A DNA stretch of 52,103 nt. It comes from PVC group bacterium. Lineage in GTDB: Bacteria > Auribacterota > Erginobacteria > Erginobacterales > Erginobacteraceae. The DNA lies in assembly GCA_043804695.1 (NCBI GenBank), contig JAZDIV010000052.1, positions 1 through 52,103 of the forward strand, written 5' to 3'. The translations under genes and the position numbers were made by a program. Numbering within the stretch: position 1 is the first letter of the stretch; each line of letters starts with the position of its first letter. Positions 18,715-28,353 of this stretch are shown here, piece after piece. The notes below the pieces were generated by a model. It was not told the origin of the DNA. It did no database searches and worked only from the letters and a program-made list of their open reading frames with translations.

Positions 18715-20592
18715 ATGATCCTGCCGTTCCTGGCGGTTGTGCTCCTGGCTCTCGGGATCGGGGGCGCCTACCAGCTGGAACGGCGCTTCGATCCTTCCCG
18801 GTATGATTTCGCCTACGGGATGGATGAGTACAACTATGACCGCCTGGCCGCGAGCCTGACCGGCCGGCGGTCATTTTTCCCCGGCACCATCTACTCCCTC
18901 CCGGGGTACTCCGCCTTATTGTGTCTCCTCTACCGGTTCGTGGGCCGTGATCTGGATCTGGTTTGGTTCCTGCAAACCCTGATGGGGGCCCTGAGCTGCG
19001 GCCTGACCTTCCTCCTGGGGGCACGAGCCGCCGGCAGGAAAGCCGGGATGCTGGCTGCCCTGATCCTAGTCTTTTACGGACCGGCTCTCTTTTATGAGAC
19101 CCGGCTGGTCCCCGTCACCGCCGGGGTTCTGACCAGTCTTTTGGCCCTGACCTGGCTGCTCTATCTCCCGGGGGCGGAACGCCGCCCGACCTGGTTGGCG
19201 GGAGGTTTTTTCCTCGGCCTGGCGGCGCTCTTCGCCGCCGGGAACCTCCTGCTCATCCTCCTGGTGCTCATCTTCTGGGTCCCCGGGCGCCGGGTTTCGC
19301 GGCCCCCTCTGATCTGGAAAGAAACACTGGTGCTGCTGGGGCTACTGCTGGTCCTGGCCCCGGCGGCGGCCAGAAACAGCCGCCGGGCCGGCGGACCGGT
19401 CGCGCTCACGGCCCACGCGGGGATCAATTTTTTCATCGGGAACAACCCGGAAGCAAACGGAGGATTCCGGACCCCGCTTTTTCTCACCCCGTCGGCCACG
19501 GGGATTATCCATGACGCTCACCGGGTCGCGGAAGAACGAACCGGGGAAAAACTGACCCCGGGGGCATCTTCCCGGTTCTGGTTCACGCAGGGATTGAAAT
19601 ACCTGCTCTCGTCTCCCGGCCAGACCGTCCGGCTGCTCTCCCGGAAGATCGGGCTCCTGATCGGCCCGCGGGAATATTGCGACATCGGAGGGGGACGGGC
19701 AGGGGAACACCGGCCTTCTCAGCTTTACGGGATGCCTCTGATCTCTTTCAGTCTGATCGTTCCCTTTGCGGCGGCCGGCCTGTTTTTTTCCGCTCGACGG
19801 AAGAGGGCCCGGGTGTTATTATTGCTTTATCTTTATCTGGGGGCCGGCGCCCTGGCTACCGCTCTCTTTTATTACCAGGCCCGGACCCGGATGCTGATGG
19901 TTCCGGTCGGTGCCGTCTTCGCGGCCGGGGGCATTCAGTCCCTGTTCCGGACCTTGCGGGACAAACAGTTAAAAAAAGCCGTACCCATCATCCTCCTCCT
20001 GTGCGGGGTTTTTATCGTCGTCCGGGCCCTGCCGCCGTTTGAGATGAGATCGGAAACGAACCTGTTGCTGGCCAGTGCCCAGGAGGAGCTAAAAAAAGAG
20101 AACATGCCGGCCGCCCGCGACATGACTGACAGAGCCCTGCGTCTCTATCCCGGGCTGGGTGGGGCGTATCTCGTTTTGGGCGATATCGCCCTCCGGGCCG
20201 GTGAAGTTGAGGCGGTGGAAAAGTATTACCGGGAAGCGGAGAGGCGAGAGCCGATGAACCCGGAGCCGCTCCTCCGGTTGAGTCTCCTCTTCCAGGCAAA
20301 GGAAGCGCCGGAGGCGGCGGGGGCGGCGGCCCGCCGGGCCCTGGCCATAGATCCGCTCTCCTGGGAGGCCCATTCTCTGCTGGCGGACAGTTATCACTCA
20401 CGGGGGGAGGAACAGGAAGCGTGCCGGCAGGCCCGAATCGCCGTGCGGCTCAACCCGAATTCGGCCAAGGATCACAACAATCTCGCTCTCCATTACAGCC
20501 GGAAGGGAGACCCCGGTATGGCGGAATATCACCACTCTCGCGCCGCCCGGATCGGCGGCCGGCCCGGTGACCGGGAATCCAGTCACAAATGA
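18715..20592 (+). CDS. PMT/ArnT-like membrane glycosyltransferase with C-terminal TPR repeats
   Basis: MDEYNYD loop, LPGYS, HAGINFFIGNNPEANG, C-terminal TPRs (ALAIDP, AVRLNPNSAKDHNNLA). Confidence 0.8.
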   Translation: MILPFLAVVLLALGIGGAYQLERRFDPSRYDFAYGMDEYNYDRLAASLTGRRSFFPGTIYSLPGYSALLCLLYRFVGRDLDLVWFLQTLMGALSCGLTFLLGARAAGRKAGMLAALILVFYGPALFYETRLVPVTAGVLTSLLALTWLLYLPGAERRPTWLAGGFFLGLAALFAAGNLLLILLVLIFWVPGRRVSRPPLIWKETLVLLGLLLVLAPAAARNSRRAGGPVALTAHAGINFFIGNNPEANGGFRTPLFLTPSATGIIHDAHRVAEERTGEKLTPGASSRFWFTQGLKYLLSSPGQTVRLLSRKIGLLIGPREYCDIGGGRAGEHRPSQLYGMPLISFSLIVPFAAAGLFFSARRKRARVLLLLYLYLGAGALATALFYYQARTRMLMVPVGAVFAAGGIQSLFRTLRDKQLKKAVPIILLLCGVFIVVRALPPFEMRSETNLLLASAQEELKKENMPAARDMTDRALRLYPGLGGAYLVLGDIALRAGEVEAVEKYYREAERREPMNPEPLLRLSLLFQAKEAPEAAGAAARRALAIDPLSWEAHSLLADSYHSRGEEQEACRQARIAVRLNPNSAKDHNNLALHYSRKGDPGMAEYHHSRAARIGGRPGDRESSHK

Positions 20593-21482
20593 AGAAATGG
20601 ATCTCCAGCCTCGGTCCGTATCTGTATATTTTCCCGGCTTTTTCGGTGATCTTCATCTTCCTGCTCCTGCCGATGCTCTACGCGCTTTATCTCAGTCTCT
20701 TCCGCTGGGACATGGTCTCGCCCTGTCATTTTGTCGGGCTCAAGAATTACCGGATCATCTTCCAGGACGGGGAATTCCTGCTCTCGCTCATGAACACCGC
20801 GATCTTTTCGCTCGGCTCGATTGTCTTCGGCCTCGGCCTGTCCCTGATTTTCGCCATCCTCCTCAGCAAGAAGATCAGAGGCCTCGGCCTCTATCGAACC
20901 GCTTTCTTCATCCCCTACGTTGCCTCGATGACCGCCATCGCCATCGTCTGGCGCTGGATTCTGCAGCCCCGGGGTCTGCTCAATACCGTCCTCAACCCGA
21001 TTTTTGCCCTGCTCCATCTTAACCTGGCTGATATCAGATGGCTCCAGCAGCCCGGCTGGGCCCGGGCGGCGATCATCCTCTTCGTGATCTGGAAGACGAT
21101 GGGCTTCAATATCCTGATCTTCCTGACCCGGCTGCTGGATATCGACCCCGCCTACTACGAAGCCGCCGAGATCGACGGGGCCAACGCCTTGTCCAAGTTC
21201 CGTTACATTACCTGGCCGCTTTTGCTCCCGACCACGCTCTTCCTGCTCACCATCTCAACCATCTTCTCGTTCCAGATGTTCATACCGGTCTTCATCCTGA
21301 CCCCCGACGGGGGGCCGCTCAAGAGCACCACCACTAGCGTCTTTTATCTCTATCAAACCGCGTTCAACAACAACCTGTTCGGATACGCCTGCGCGATCGC
21401 CTATGTCCTCTTCTTCATCATCTTGATCCTGACCATGTTGCAGAAAAAGTTTCTCGGGAAGAAGGCGGCATATGAGGGCTGA
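20589..21482 (+). CDS. CUT1 sugar/glycerol-3-phosphate ABC permease (UgpA/MalF-like)
   Basis: FVGLKNY, EAA loop YYEAAEIDGA. Confidence 0.93.
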   Translation: MKKWISSLGPYLYIFPAFSVIFIFLLLPMLYALYLSLFRWDMVSPCHFVGLKNYRIIFQDGEFLLSLMNTAIFSLGSIVFGLGLSLIFAILLSKKIRGLGLYRTAFFIPYVASMTAIAIVWRWILQPRGLLNTVLNPIFALLHLNLADIRWLQQPGWARAAIILFVIWKTMGFNILIFLTRLLDIDPAYYEAAEIDGANALSKFRYITWPLLLPTTLFLLTISTIFSFQMFIPVFILTPDGGPLKSTTTSVFYLYQTAFNNNLFGYACAIAYVLFFIILILTMLQKKFLGKKAAYEG

Positions 21483-21521
21483 GGATAAATAACGAAATCC
21501 GAATGATCCGGCATAATTATT

Positions 21522-22826
21522 ATGCGAGCACATCTAAATAAATTGATCTCCCCTCGGTGGCTGATCTACCTGATCCTGACGGCAGGGGGGATTGCCATGA
21601 TCTTTCCCTTCATCTGGATGGTGAGCACCTCCCTTAAGTCTTCCCTGGAAGTGCTTTCGGCCCAGATCTCCCTGATCCCGGAGCGCAAGAAATATGTCCG
21701 CTTCGACGACAGACTGGAACAGGTCGAGTTCTCCCTGGCCCTGGAACTGGAGAGGGAAATTTCGCTCCGGGAAGGAGAGATCGCGGGGATGATCGGAAGC
21801 GGGATCTCCCGGCATCCGGAATTCCGAATCGCCTTCTCGGGCGCTTTCAGCGGCCTCCGCCGGGATCTGGAGAAATACTTCCGGAAATTTCGGCCTCGAG
21901 CCGAGGTGATCGCGGCGGTGTCCGGCCTGGCCGGGGATGCCATCCGGCGGCTGACGGACCCGATTTTGACCGGGGTTCTCCCCCCGGAAAGCCGGGCGCC
22001 GTTCCAGGCCGAACTGCAAAAAATGAGCGAGAACCTGGAGCGGATCGCGGCCGGAGCCACCAACCCCGGCCAACCGGCCGGAGTGATTATCCTGGCGGGC
22101 GAGCGGCGGGGGGAGAAGACGGAGGTGCCGCTCGATGAAATCGTTTATAAGCGGTTCCTCTGGGGGAATTTTAAAAAGGCCTGGCAGGCGGCACCCTTTG
22201 CCCGCTACTTTTTTAACAGCATCCTGGTCTCGGTGCTGGTCACCATCGGGCAGGTCTTCACCTCCGCCCTGGCCGCGTACGCGTTCGCCCGGATGCAGTT
22301 CCGGTTCAAGGAGCCCCTTTTCCTGCTCCTGCTCGCCACCATGATGGTCCCCAACCAGGTGATTCTGATCCCCAACTATGCGATCATCTCCTGGTTCCGA
22401 TGGGTCAATACCTATTACGCCCAGGTGGTCCCCTTCCTGGGGGCGGTCTTCGGCATCTACTTCATGCGCCAGCATTTTGAGACCCTGCCCCAGGACCTTT
22501 TCGACGCGGCCGGCATCGACGGCTGCGGAAGGCTGCGGATGCTCTTTCAGATCGTCCTGCCCATCTCCCGAAGCGTGATTCTGACCGTGGCCCTCTTCAC
22601 CTTCATCACGATCTGGAATTCGCTGCTCTGGCCACTGGTAATGACCAACACGCCCGAGATGCGGCCGCTCCAGGTCGGGCTGGCGGTTTTCAACCAGGAG
22701 AGCGGAACCGACTGGGAATTGCTGATGGCGGCTTCCACCTTCTCCATCCTGCCGCTTTTACTCATCTTTTTCATCGCCCAGAAGCAATTCATCGAAGGGA
22801 TAACACGCTCGGGAATGAAAGGCTAA
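21522..22826 (+). CDS. CUT1 ABC permease (UgpE/MalG-like) with a large inserted domain
   Basis: PFIWMVSTSLK, YFFNS, DAAGIDG, WNSLLWPL, QKQFIEG. Confidence 0.92.
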   Translation: MRAHLNKLISPRWLIYLILTAGGIAMIFPFIWMVSTSLKSSLEVLSAQISLIPERKKYVRFDDRLEQVEFSLALELEREISLREGEIAGMIGSGISRHPEFRIAFSGAFSGLRRDLEKYFRKFRPRAEVIAAVSGLAGDAIRRLTDPILTGVLPPESRAPFQAELQKMSENLERIAAGATNPGQPAGVIILAGERRGEKTEVPLDEIVYKRFLWGNFKKAWQAAPFARYFFNSILVSVLVTIGQVFTSALAAYAFARMQFRFKEPLFLLLLATMMVPNQVILIPNYAIISWFRWVNTYYAQVVPFLGAVFGIYFMRQHFETLPQDLFDAAGIDGCGRLRMLFQIVLPISRSVILTVALFTFITIWNSLLWPLVMTNTPEMRPLQVGLAVFNQESGTDWELLMAASTFSILPLLLIFFIAQKQFIEGITRSGMKG

Positions 22827-22850
22827 AATTTCCTGAAAGGAAATTTTAGC
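22822..22850. repeat. Perfect 13-bp-arm hairpin overlapping the permease stop codon
   Basis: GCTAAAATTTCCT-GAA-AGGAAATTTTAGC. Confidence 0.7.
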
Positions 22851-22869
22851 GCGAAAAATCACATGTGTT

Positions 22870-24168
22870 ATGAAACATTATTTAAAACGACTTGCATCAT
22901 CTGAATTAGTTTTAACACTTTTATTAGTATTTTTTCTTCCCTTTATCGGCTGTTCCGAAGGAACCGCCGATAAAGAAAGAGGAGAAAAAATAATAGTGAG
23001 GTTCTGGCACGCCATGGGCGGACTGCTGGGGGAAGTGCTCGATTCCATGATCGGCGAGTTCAACGCCGCCCATCCCGGCTGGTTTGTCAAGTCGGAGAGC
23101 ATGGGCAGCTATGAAGCCCTGAAACAGAAGCTGCTGGCGTCGATCGTGGCCCGGAACCAGCCGGATATGGCCCAGGCGTATGAAGCGTGGATATCGACGC
23201 TGCTGGGCGGGGAGGCTCTGGCCGACCTGGGAGAGCTAGATCCGGAATTCAACAGCAGCCTGGACGACTTCTTCCCGGTTTTCATCCAGAACAGCATTTA
23301 CGACGGGAAGTTGATGTCGCTCCCGTTCAACAAGAGCGTCCCCGTCATCTACTACAACAAAGACCTCTTCCGGCGAGCCGGCCTGGACCCGGGAAAACCC
23401 CCGCAAACCTGGGATGAGTTCACCCGCGTCTGCCGACAGCTGACCCGCGACCTGGACGGTGACGGCCGGCCGGACCAGTGGGGGTTCAAGTTTTCGGATC
23501 ACGCGACCTATTTCGAGTGCCTGCTGGTGCAGAACGGCGGCCGCCTCTTTGACGAGAAAACCCGGACCATGGCCTTCAACTCGAACGAGGGGGCCGAAGC
23601 CCTTCAATACCTGACCGATCTCGTCCATCGATACCGCGTGGCCGACTTTTACTTGGAAGGTTACCAGCATCAGGTCGACTTCGCGGCTCAGAAAGTGGCG
23701 ATGATTGTCGCTTCCTGCGTTTCCCGGACTTTCATGAAGAAACAGCTGAAATTCGACTGGGGTATTGCGCCGCTTTTAAAGAAAAAACAGCGGGGAAACC
23801 TGGTTTACGGGACCAACATCGTCATTTTCTCCCGCTCTTCGCCGGAGAAACAGCGGGTCGCCTGGGAGTTCATCAAGTGGTTCACCAGCCCGGAGAACTC
23901 CGCCCGGTGGGCGATCCGGACCAATTACGTGCCGGTCCGGAAGTCCAGTCTTGACCTCGAGATCATGCAGGCGGAATTCCGGGATAACCCCGACAGCCTG
24001 GTCCCCGTCGGGGAGCTGGCGTGCGCGTTTTTCGAGCCCCGCTGGCGCCAGTGGCTTCAGGTCAGAGAATACCTGGGGGATGCGGTCAAGGCGACCCTGC
24101 TCGGGAAGGAAACGCCTGCCGGGGCGCTTGACCGGGCCGTTCGGAAAGGAGAACTCTGGCTTAATTAG
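22870..24168 (+). CDS. ABC substrate-binding lipoprotein (UgpB-like)
   Basis: Lipobox FIG-C, FWHAMGG, SLPFNKSVPVIYYNKDLF, AWEFIKW. Confidence 0.92.
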   Translation: MKHYLKRLASSELVLTLLLVFFLPFIGCSEGTADKERGEKIIVRFWHAMGGLLGEVLDSMIGEFNAAHPGWFVKSESMGSYEALKQKLLASIVARNQPDMAQAYEAWISTLLGGEALADLGELDPEFNSSLDDFFPVFIQNSIYDGKLMSLPFNKSVPVIYYNKDLFRRAGLDPGKPPQTWDEFTRVCRQLTRDLDGDGRPDQWGFKFSDHATYFECLLVQNGGRLFDEKTRTMAFNSNEGAEALQYLTDLVHRYRVADFYLEGYQHQVDFAAQKVAMIVASCVSRTFMKKQLKFDWGIAPLLKKKQRGNLVYGTNIVIFSRSSPEKQRVAWEFIKWFTSPENSARWAIRTNYVPVRKSSLDLEIMQAEFRDNPDSLVPVGELACAFFEPRWRQWLQVREYLGDAVKATLLGKETPAGALDRAVRKGELWLN

Positions 24169-24201
24169 AGTATGCCCGCTTTGCGGGCATACTCTAATTA
24201 A
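24161..24201 (+). terminator. Perfect 19-bp-arm hairpin, likely operon terminator
   Basis: TTAATTAGAGTATGCCCGC-TTT-GCGGGCATACTCTAATTAA overlapping the SBP stop codon. Confidence 0.65.
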
Positions 24202-24243
24202 TAATCATTTCTCGATAATCCGGGATTAAAATACATCCCAATT

Positions 24244-25053
24244 TTGCGCATTGTCATCGTGGTAAAAGACGGTATCAATAAAAAGGCATTCTCTTCTGAC
24301 AGCACAAAGATCCGGAAGGATCTGGTTCTGATCGGAGTGGCACGGAGAATAGCCGACCTGGAAATGGCGGAGAGGGAGCACTGGTACCGCATCCCCGGAC
24401 ACATAGTATTCCGCCGGCGACCCCGCTACCTGGCGATCTACCCCGTCAAACGGTGCGGCCCCCGGGGGGGCGCGATCACCTGGTATGCCGCCATCGGGAA
24501 GATTTCCCGTCACCGGCGGCGGAAACTTATCCCCCGGCAGCCGACCCACCCGCGGGCTGGGGAGTGGTACTGGAAGCTGCATCTGGGACCTGCCCGGGAG
24601 CTGCCGCGACCGATAGAAAACCGCCTCCGGAGGCGAATCACCTTCGCCTACACCACCCGGGACCGGCTGTTACGGGCCGAAGAGATCGGCGAACTCTTCG
24701 ATGTCCCTCCCCTGGAAGAGATCGTGAGACAGGTCCTCGTGTCTTCCGGAATCAGGGCGCGAAGCCAGTTCTGCGTGATGCAGGGGAAAAAATGCCGTTA
24801 CCGGCTTGACTTCGCCGTTTTCTGCCGGAAGGGGAAAATCGCCCTCGAATGCGATCACAGCCGGTGGCATCGACGGGCGCCACGGAAGAAGCAAGACCGG
24901 AAGCGCGACCGCTGGCTGGAAAAGCGAGGTTGGACGGTCATTCACTTCTCGGAAGACGATATTCTCAACAGGAACGCTCGGATGATCGCGGCAATCGGGG
25001 ATTCGATCCGGAAAGTGGGCGGCCAGGCGCCCACCCGGCCGGGAGCGATATAA
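24244..25053 (+). CDS. DUF559/Vsr-like endonuclease with an uncharacterised N-terminal domain
   Basis: C-terminal SQF...YRLDFA...IALECD..WH...DRKRDRWLEKRGWTVIHF; N-terminal HWYRIP...YLAIY...HPRA.EWYWK; start codon uncertain. Confidence 0.8.
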   Translation: MRIVIVVKDGINKKAFSSDSTKIRKDLVLIGVARRIADLEMAEREHWYRIPGHIVFRRRPRYLAIYPVKRCGPRGGAITWYAAIGKISRHRRRKLIPRQPTHPRAGEWYWKLHLGPARELPRPIENRLRRRITFAYTTRDRLLRAEEIGELFDVPPLEEIVRQVLVSSGIRARSQFCVMQGKKCRYRLDFAVFCRKGKIALECDHSRWHRRAPRKKQDRKRDRWLEKRGWTVIHFSEDDILNRNARMIAAIGDSIRKVGGQAPTRPGAI

Positions 25054-25135
25054 AATTGCCTGTCATCCGCCCTTTATGCTATATATACATCTCGCATAAT
25101 CACACCCTCTAACCGGTTACCGGGGAGCGACACCG

Positions 25136-25435
25136 ATGAAAAAAGCAATCTCCATGCTCGCATCAGTCAGCCTTGGAGTCCTCTTCCCCTTCGCCCTGGC
25201 TGCTCAGGACACGAGTCCCCGGGGCCCATCCCAGTGGACGGCCCGGAATTGGCTGGGATTCTGTATCCAGATCGGGGTCTTCATTCTGGCCGTGATCGGC
25301 ATCTACCGGCTGGCCAGGAGCGGGGAAGGGGAGGGGAAGGGGGAAGGGGAGGGGGATGACCCCGATTTCATCGGGGCGGAGCGAAACCCGAATGACCCCG
25401 ATTTCATCGGGGCGGAGCGAAATTCGAAAGAATGA
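25136..25435 (+). CDS. Small membrane protein with a repeat-derived C-terminus
   Basis: Signal peptide plus one TM helix, then (GEGE)n and two DPDFIGAERN units. Confidence 0.6.
   Translation: MKKAISMLASVSLGVLFPFALAAQDTSPRGPSQWTARNWLGFCIQIGVFILAVIGIYRLARSGEGEGKGEGEGDDPDFIGAERNPNDPDFIGAERNSKE
25356..25424. repeat. 36-bp tandem duplication containing the hairpin CCCCGAT-TTC-ATCGGGG
   Basis: ATGACCCCGATTTCATCGGGGCGGAGCGAAA at 25356 and 25392. Confidence 0.85.
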
Positions 25436-25594
25436 CGAAATCGGAATTTCAATAATCTTATTTTTCCTGCGGAAAAATAAGAATGGTATATTGGAAGCCA
25501 ACAGATAAATTCTATTCTTTGGGGTAAATTTTGGCTGAGGTTATAAGGCTTTTTTATAGGGTTGCCTCGGTGAAAATATTTTTATTAGCCAACA

Positions 25595-25657
25595 GACCCC
25601 CCGACTGAATCAGTCGGGGGGTCCAATATAAATTAGCGCCGAAGGCGCTAATTTATA
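25595..25657. repeat. Two adjacent perfect palindromes upstream of manC (second is hairpin-family copy 2)
   Basis: GACCCCCCGACTGA-A-TCAGTCGGGGGGTC (25595-25623) and TATAAATTAGCGCC-GAA-GGCGCTAATTTATA (25627-25657). Confidence 0.85.
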
Positions 25658-25673
25658 AGAGGTTATCAAGACC

Positions 25674-26747
25674 ATGCTTCATGCCGTGATCATGGCGGGG
25701 GGAACCGGGGAGCGCTTCTGGCCCCTGAGCCGCCGGTCCACACCCAAGCAGCTGTTGAGTATTGTCGGGAAGGGGACCATGATCGAGCAGACCGTTGCCC
25801 GCCTCCAGCCGCTGGCGGATGAATCCCGTATCTGGGTGGTCACCACCGGAGAGCAGGCTCCCGCCCTCCGGAAGATTCTACCCGAAATCCCGGCGGCGCA
25901 TATCCTGATGGAGCCCGTGGGGAGGAATACCGCCCCCGGCGTCGCGCTGGCTGCCTACGCCGTCGCCCGCGAAGACCCGGACGCGGTGATGGCTATCCTC
26001 CCCGCGGATCATCTGATAGAGCCGAAACGGGAATTCCAGAAAACAATCGCCGCCGCCGCCCAGACCGCCGAACGGACCGGGGCGCTGATCACCATCGGCA
26101 TCAAGCCCGCCTTCCCGTCAACCGGGTACGGCTATATCCGCCGGGGGGGGGAAATCACCGAGACGAACGGCTGTTCCTTCTACCGGGTTGACCGTTTTGT
26201 CGAAAAACCGGACCGCAAACGGGCCCGGCAGTTTATCCGGAACCCCCGCTTCGCCTGGAACAGCGGCATCTTCATCTGGTCGCTGGAGGCCATCGAAAGG
26301 GCGCTGGAGCGGCATCTCCCCGAGGTGGCCCGGGCTCTTCGCCCGCTCCGCTCCCTCCCGGCCCGGAGCAGGAAATCCTTTCTTGAACGCGTCTATCCCG
26401 GACTGCCCGGCATCTCCATCGACTGCGGGATCATGGAAAAGCACCGTGATGTGCTGGTGACCGTCGCCGCCTTCAGGTGGGACGATCTCGGTTCCTGGGA
26501 AGCGCTCGGGGGGTATCTCCCGCGCACCCCGGACGGCAACCGGGCGCGGGGCGCTCTGGTCACGCACGACGCCAACGGCTGCATCGGCTTCAGCACCGGG
26601 CCGCTGATCGGGCTGGCCGGCGTCTCCAACCTGATCGTGGCGGCGACCGGCGACGCGGTTCTGGTCTGCACCCGGGAGAGAGCCCAGGACGTTAAAAAAC
26701 TGGTGCAAAAAATTCGGAAGAATAAGAAATATCGAGGGTTGATGTAA
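25674..26747 (+). CDS. manC: Mannose-1-phosphate guanylyltransferase
   Basis: IMAGGTGERFWPLSR..PKQ, EPVGRNTAP, PADH, FVEKP, WNSGIF, WDDLGSW. Confidence 0.95.
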   Translation: MLHAVIMAGGTGERFWPLSRRSTPKQLLSIVGKGTMIEQTVARLQPLADESRIWVVTTGEQAPALRKILPEIPAAHILMEPVGRNTAPGVALAAYAVAREDPDAVMAILPADHLIEPKREFQKTIAAAAQTAERTGALITIGIKPAFPSTGYGYIRRGGEITETNGCSFYRVDRFVEKPDRKRARQFIRNPRFAWNSGIFIWSLEAIERALERHLPEVARALRPLRSLPARSRKSFLERVYPGLPGISIDCGIMEKHRDVLVTVAAFRWDDLGSWEALGGYLPRTPDGNRARGALVTHDANGCIGFSTGPLIGLAGVSNLIVAATGDAVLVCTRERAQDVKKLVQKIRKNKKYRGLM

Positions 26748-26822
26748 GGATAAATTCCAAATATTCGAATCAAGACTGATTACAGATATCTCACCGAATA
26801 TCAATAGGTGAAAAACCTAACA

Positions 26823-27257
26823 ATGCACAGTCACGGCAGAATATTGGGAATCGATCCGGGAGAGAAGCGGATCGGACTGGCGGTAAGCGATCCCCTGGGG
26901 ATTACCGCCCAGGGGCTTCCCACCCTGGAGGTGAGAACACCGGATGATGCCGTGTTGCAGATCGCGGCGGTCGCCCGCCGGGTGCAGGCTGCCGGGATCA
27001 TAATCGGACTTCCTCTCAACATGGACGGAACGGAGGGAGAGGAGGCCCGGCGGGCCTACCGGCTGGGAGCGCGGCTGGAAGAGACGGCGCGCCTGCCGGT
27101 AGCTTTCCGGGACGAACGCCTGACCTCCCGGCAGGCCGAGCAGGTCTTACTGTCCGGGGACCTGAGCCGGGAGAGAAGGAAGAAGGAGATCGACCGGGTG
27201 TCGGCCCAGATTATCCTCCAGTGTTACCTTGATGAAGGCGGAAACAGCGGGGCATGA
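26823..27257 (+). CDS. ruvX: YqgF/RuvX family RNase H-fold nuclease
   Basis: ILGIDPGEKRIGLAVSD, IGLPLNMDG, DERLTS, DRVSAQIILQ. Confidence 0.95.
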   Translation: MHSHGRILGIDPGEKRIGLAVSDPLGITAQGLPTLEVRTPDDAVLQIAAVARRVQAAGIIIGLPLNMDGTEGEEARRAYRLGARLEETARLPVAFRDERLTSRQAEQVLLSGDLSRERRKKEIDRVSAQIILQCYLDEGGNSGA

Positions 27258-28315
27258 GCCGGGAAGAGAGAAAGCTGCGGAAGGAAACCCGGGCCGTCCT
27301 GAAGTCCGGCCGCTGGATCCTGAAGCGACGGAAGAAAAAGCTCTCCCCGGACAGGCGGGAGAAACTCTCCGAGGCGATCGGACGCCTGGAAACGGCCGCG
27401 CCGAACGGCGACCCGAAGGAGATCAGGAGCAACGCCAAGAAACTGAGCGTCCTCCTGACCGGGGACTTGGCGCCTTTCAGGAAGGGCGCCTTCCGGGAGT
27501 GGGCGGAATCCATCCTCTTCGCCCTGCTCATGGTCTTCATCATCCGCACCGTCATCGTCCAGCCCTTCAAGATCCCGACCGGGTCCATGCAGCCGACTCT
27601 GCTGGGGGTTAAAAAGATCTGCCCGGCCTGCGGCCGGGAGTACCGGTACGACAGGAAGACCTGTGACGACGGGACACCGCTCGTTCTCGAGCACATCGGG
27701 GACAAGATCCTGGTCAATAAGTTCATCTATGGAGCCCGGACACCGGATCGGATTCCGTACACCTCAATCCTGCTTCCCTATCTTCAACTGCCGGCGCTGC
27801 GAAAACCCCGCCGGGGGGATATCGTGGTCTTTCATTACCCGGAGGACGTCAGCATCGATTATGTCAAACGTCTGGTCGGCCTGCCGGGGGAGACGATAGA
27901 GATCCGGGACGGGAAAATCATCGCCGACGGGAAGGATGTCGCGACGCCCGAGATGGAAAAAATGTATTACACCAACGGCCGGCCTTTTGAGCAGATCCCC
28001 TACGGCCGGCCCGGCCAGAGCTTTGTCGTGCCGGCGAAAGGAATGGTCATCAACCTCGATCCCGGCACCCGGGAATCCTGGCAGGACCTGGTCAGGGCCG
28101 ACGGGCACGGACTGGAAGTGACCGACGGGAGCGTCCTGATAGATGAAGAACCCCGCCGGAGCTATGCTCTCGAACAGAACCATTACTACGTTCTGGGGGA
28201 CAACAGCACCAACAGCCGCGACAGCCGCTACTGGGGGTTCGTTCCCGAGAAGTACCTGGTCGGGGAAGTTTTTTTTAAGTACTGGCCGCCCCGGCGCTGG
28301 GGGTTCGCGGATTAA
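27254..28315 (+). CDS. lepB: Signal peptidase I
   Basis: FKIPTGSMQPTL (catalytic Ser), DYVKRLVGLPGE (Lys), GDNSTNSRDSRYWG. Confidence 0.95.
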   Translation: MSREERKLRKETRAVLKSGRWILKRRKKKLSPDRREKLSEAIGRLETAAPNGDPKEIRSNAKKLSVLLTGDLAPFRKGAFREWAESILFALLMVFIIRTVIVQPFKIPTGSMQPTLLGVKKICPACGREYRYDRKTCDDGTPLVLEHIGDKILVNKFIYGARTPDRIPYTSILLPYLQLPALRKPRRGDIVVFHYPEDVSIDYVKRLVGLPGETIEIRDGKIIADGKDVATPEMEKMYYTNGRPFEQIPYGRPGQSFVVPAKGMVINLDPGTRESWQDLVRADGHGLEVTDGSVLIDEEPRRSYALEQNHYYVLGDNSTNSRDSRYWGFVPEKYLVGEVFFKYWPPRRWGFAD

Positions 28316-28353
28316 TTAATCGGTATATTCCCAATCTACATTTCTGAGGCGGA

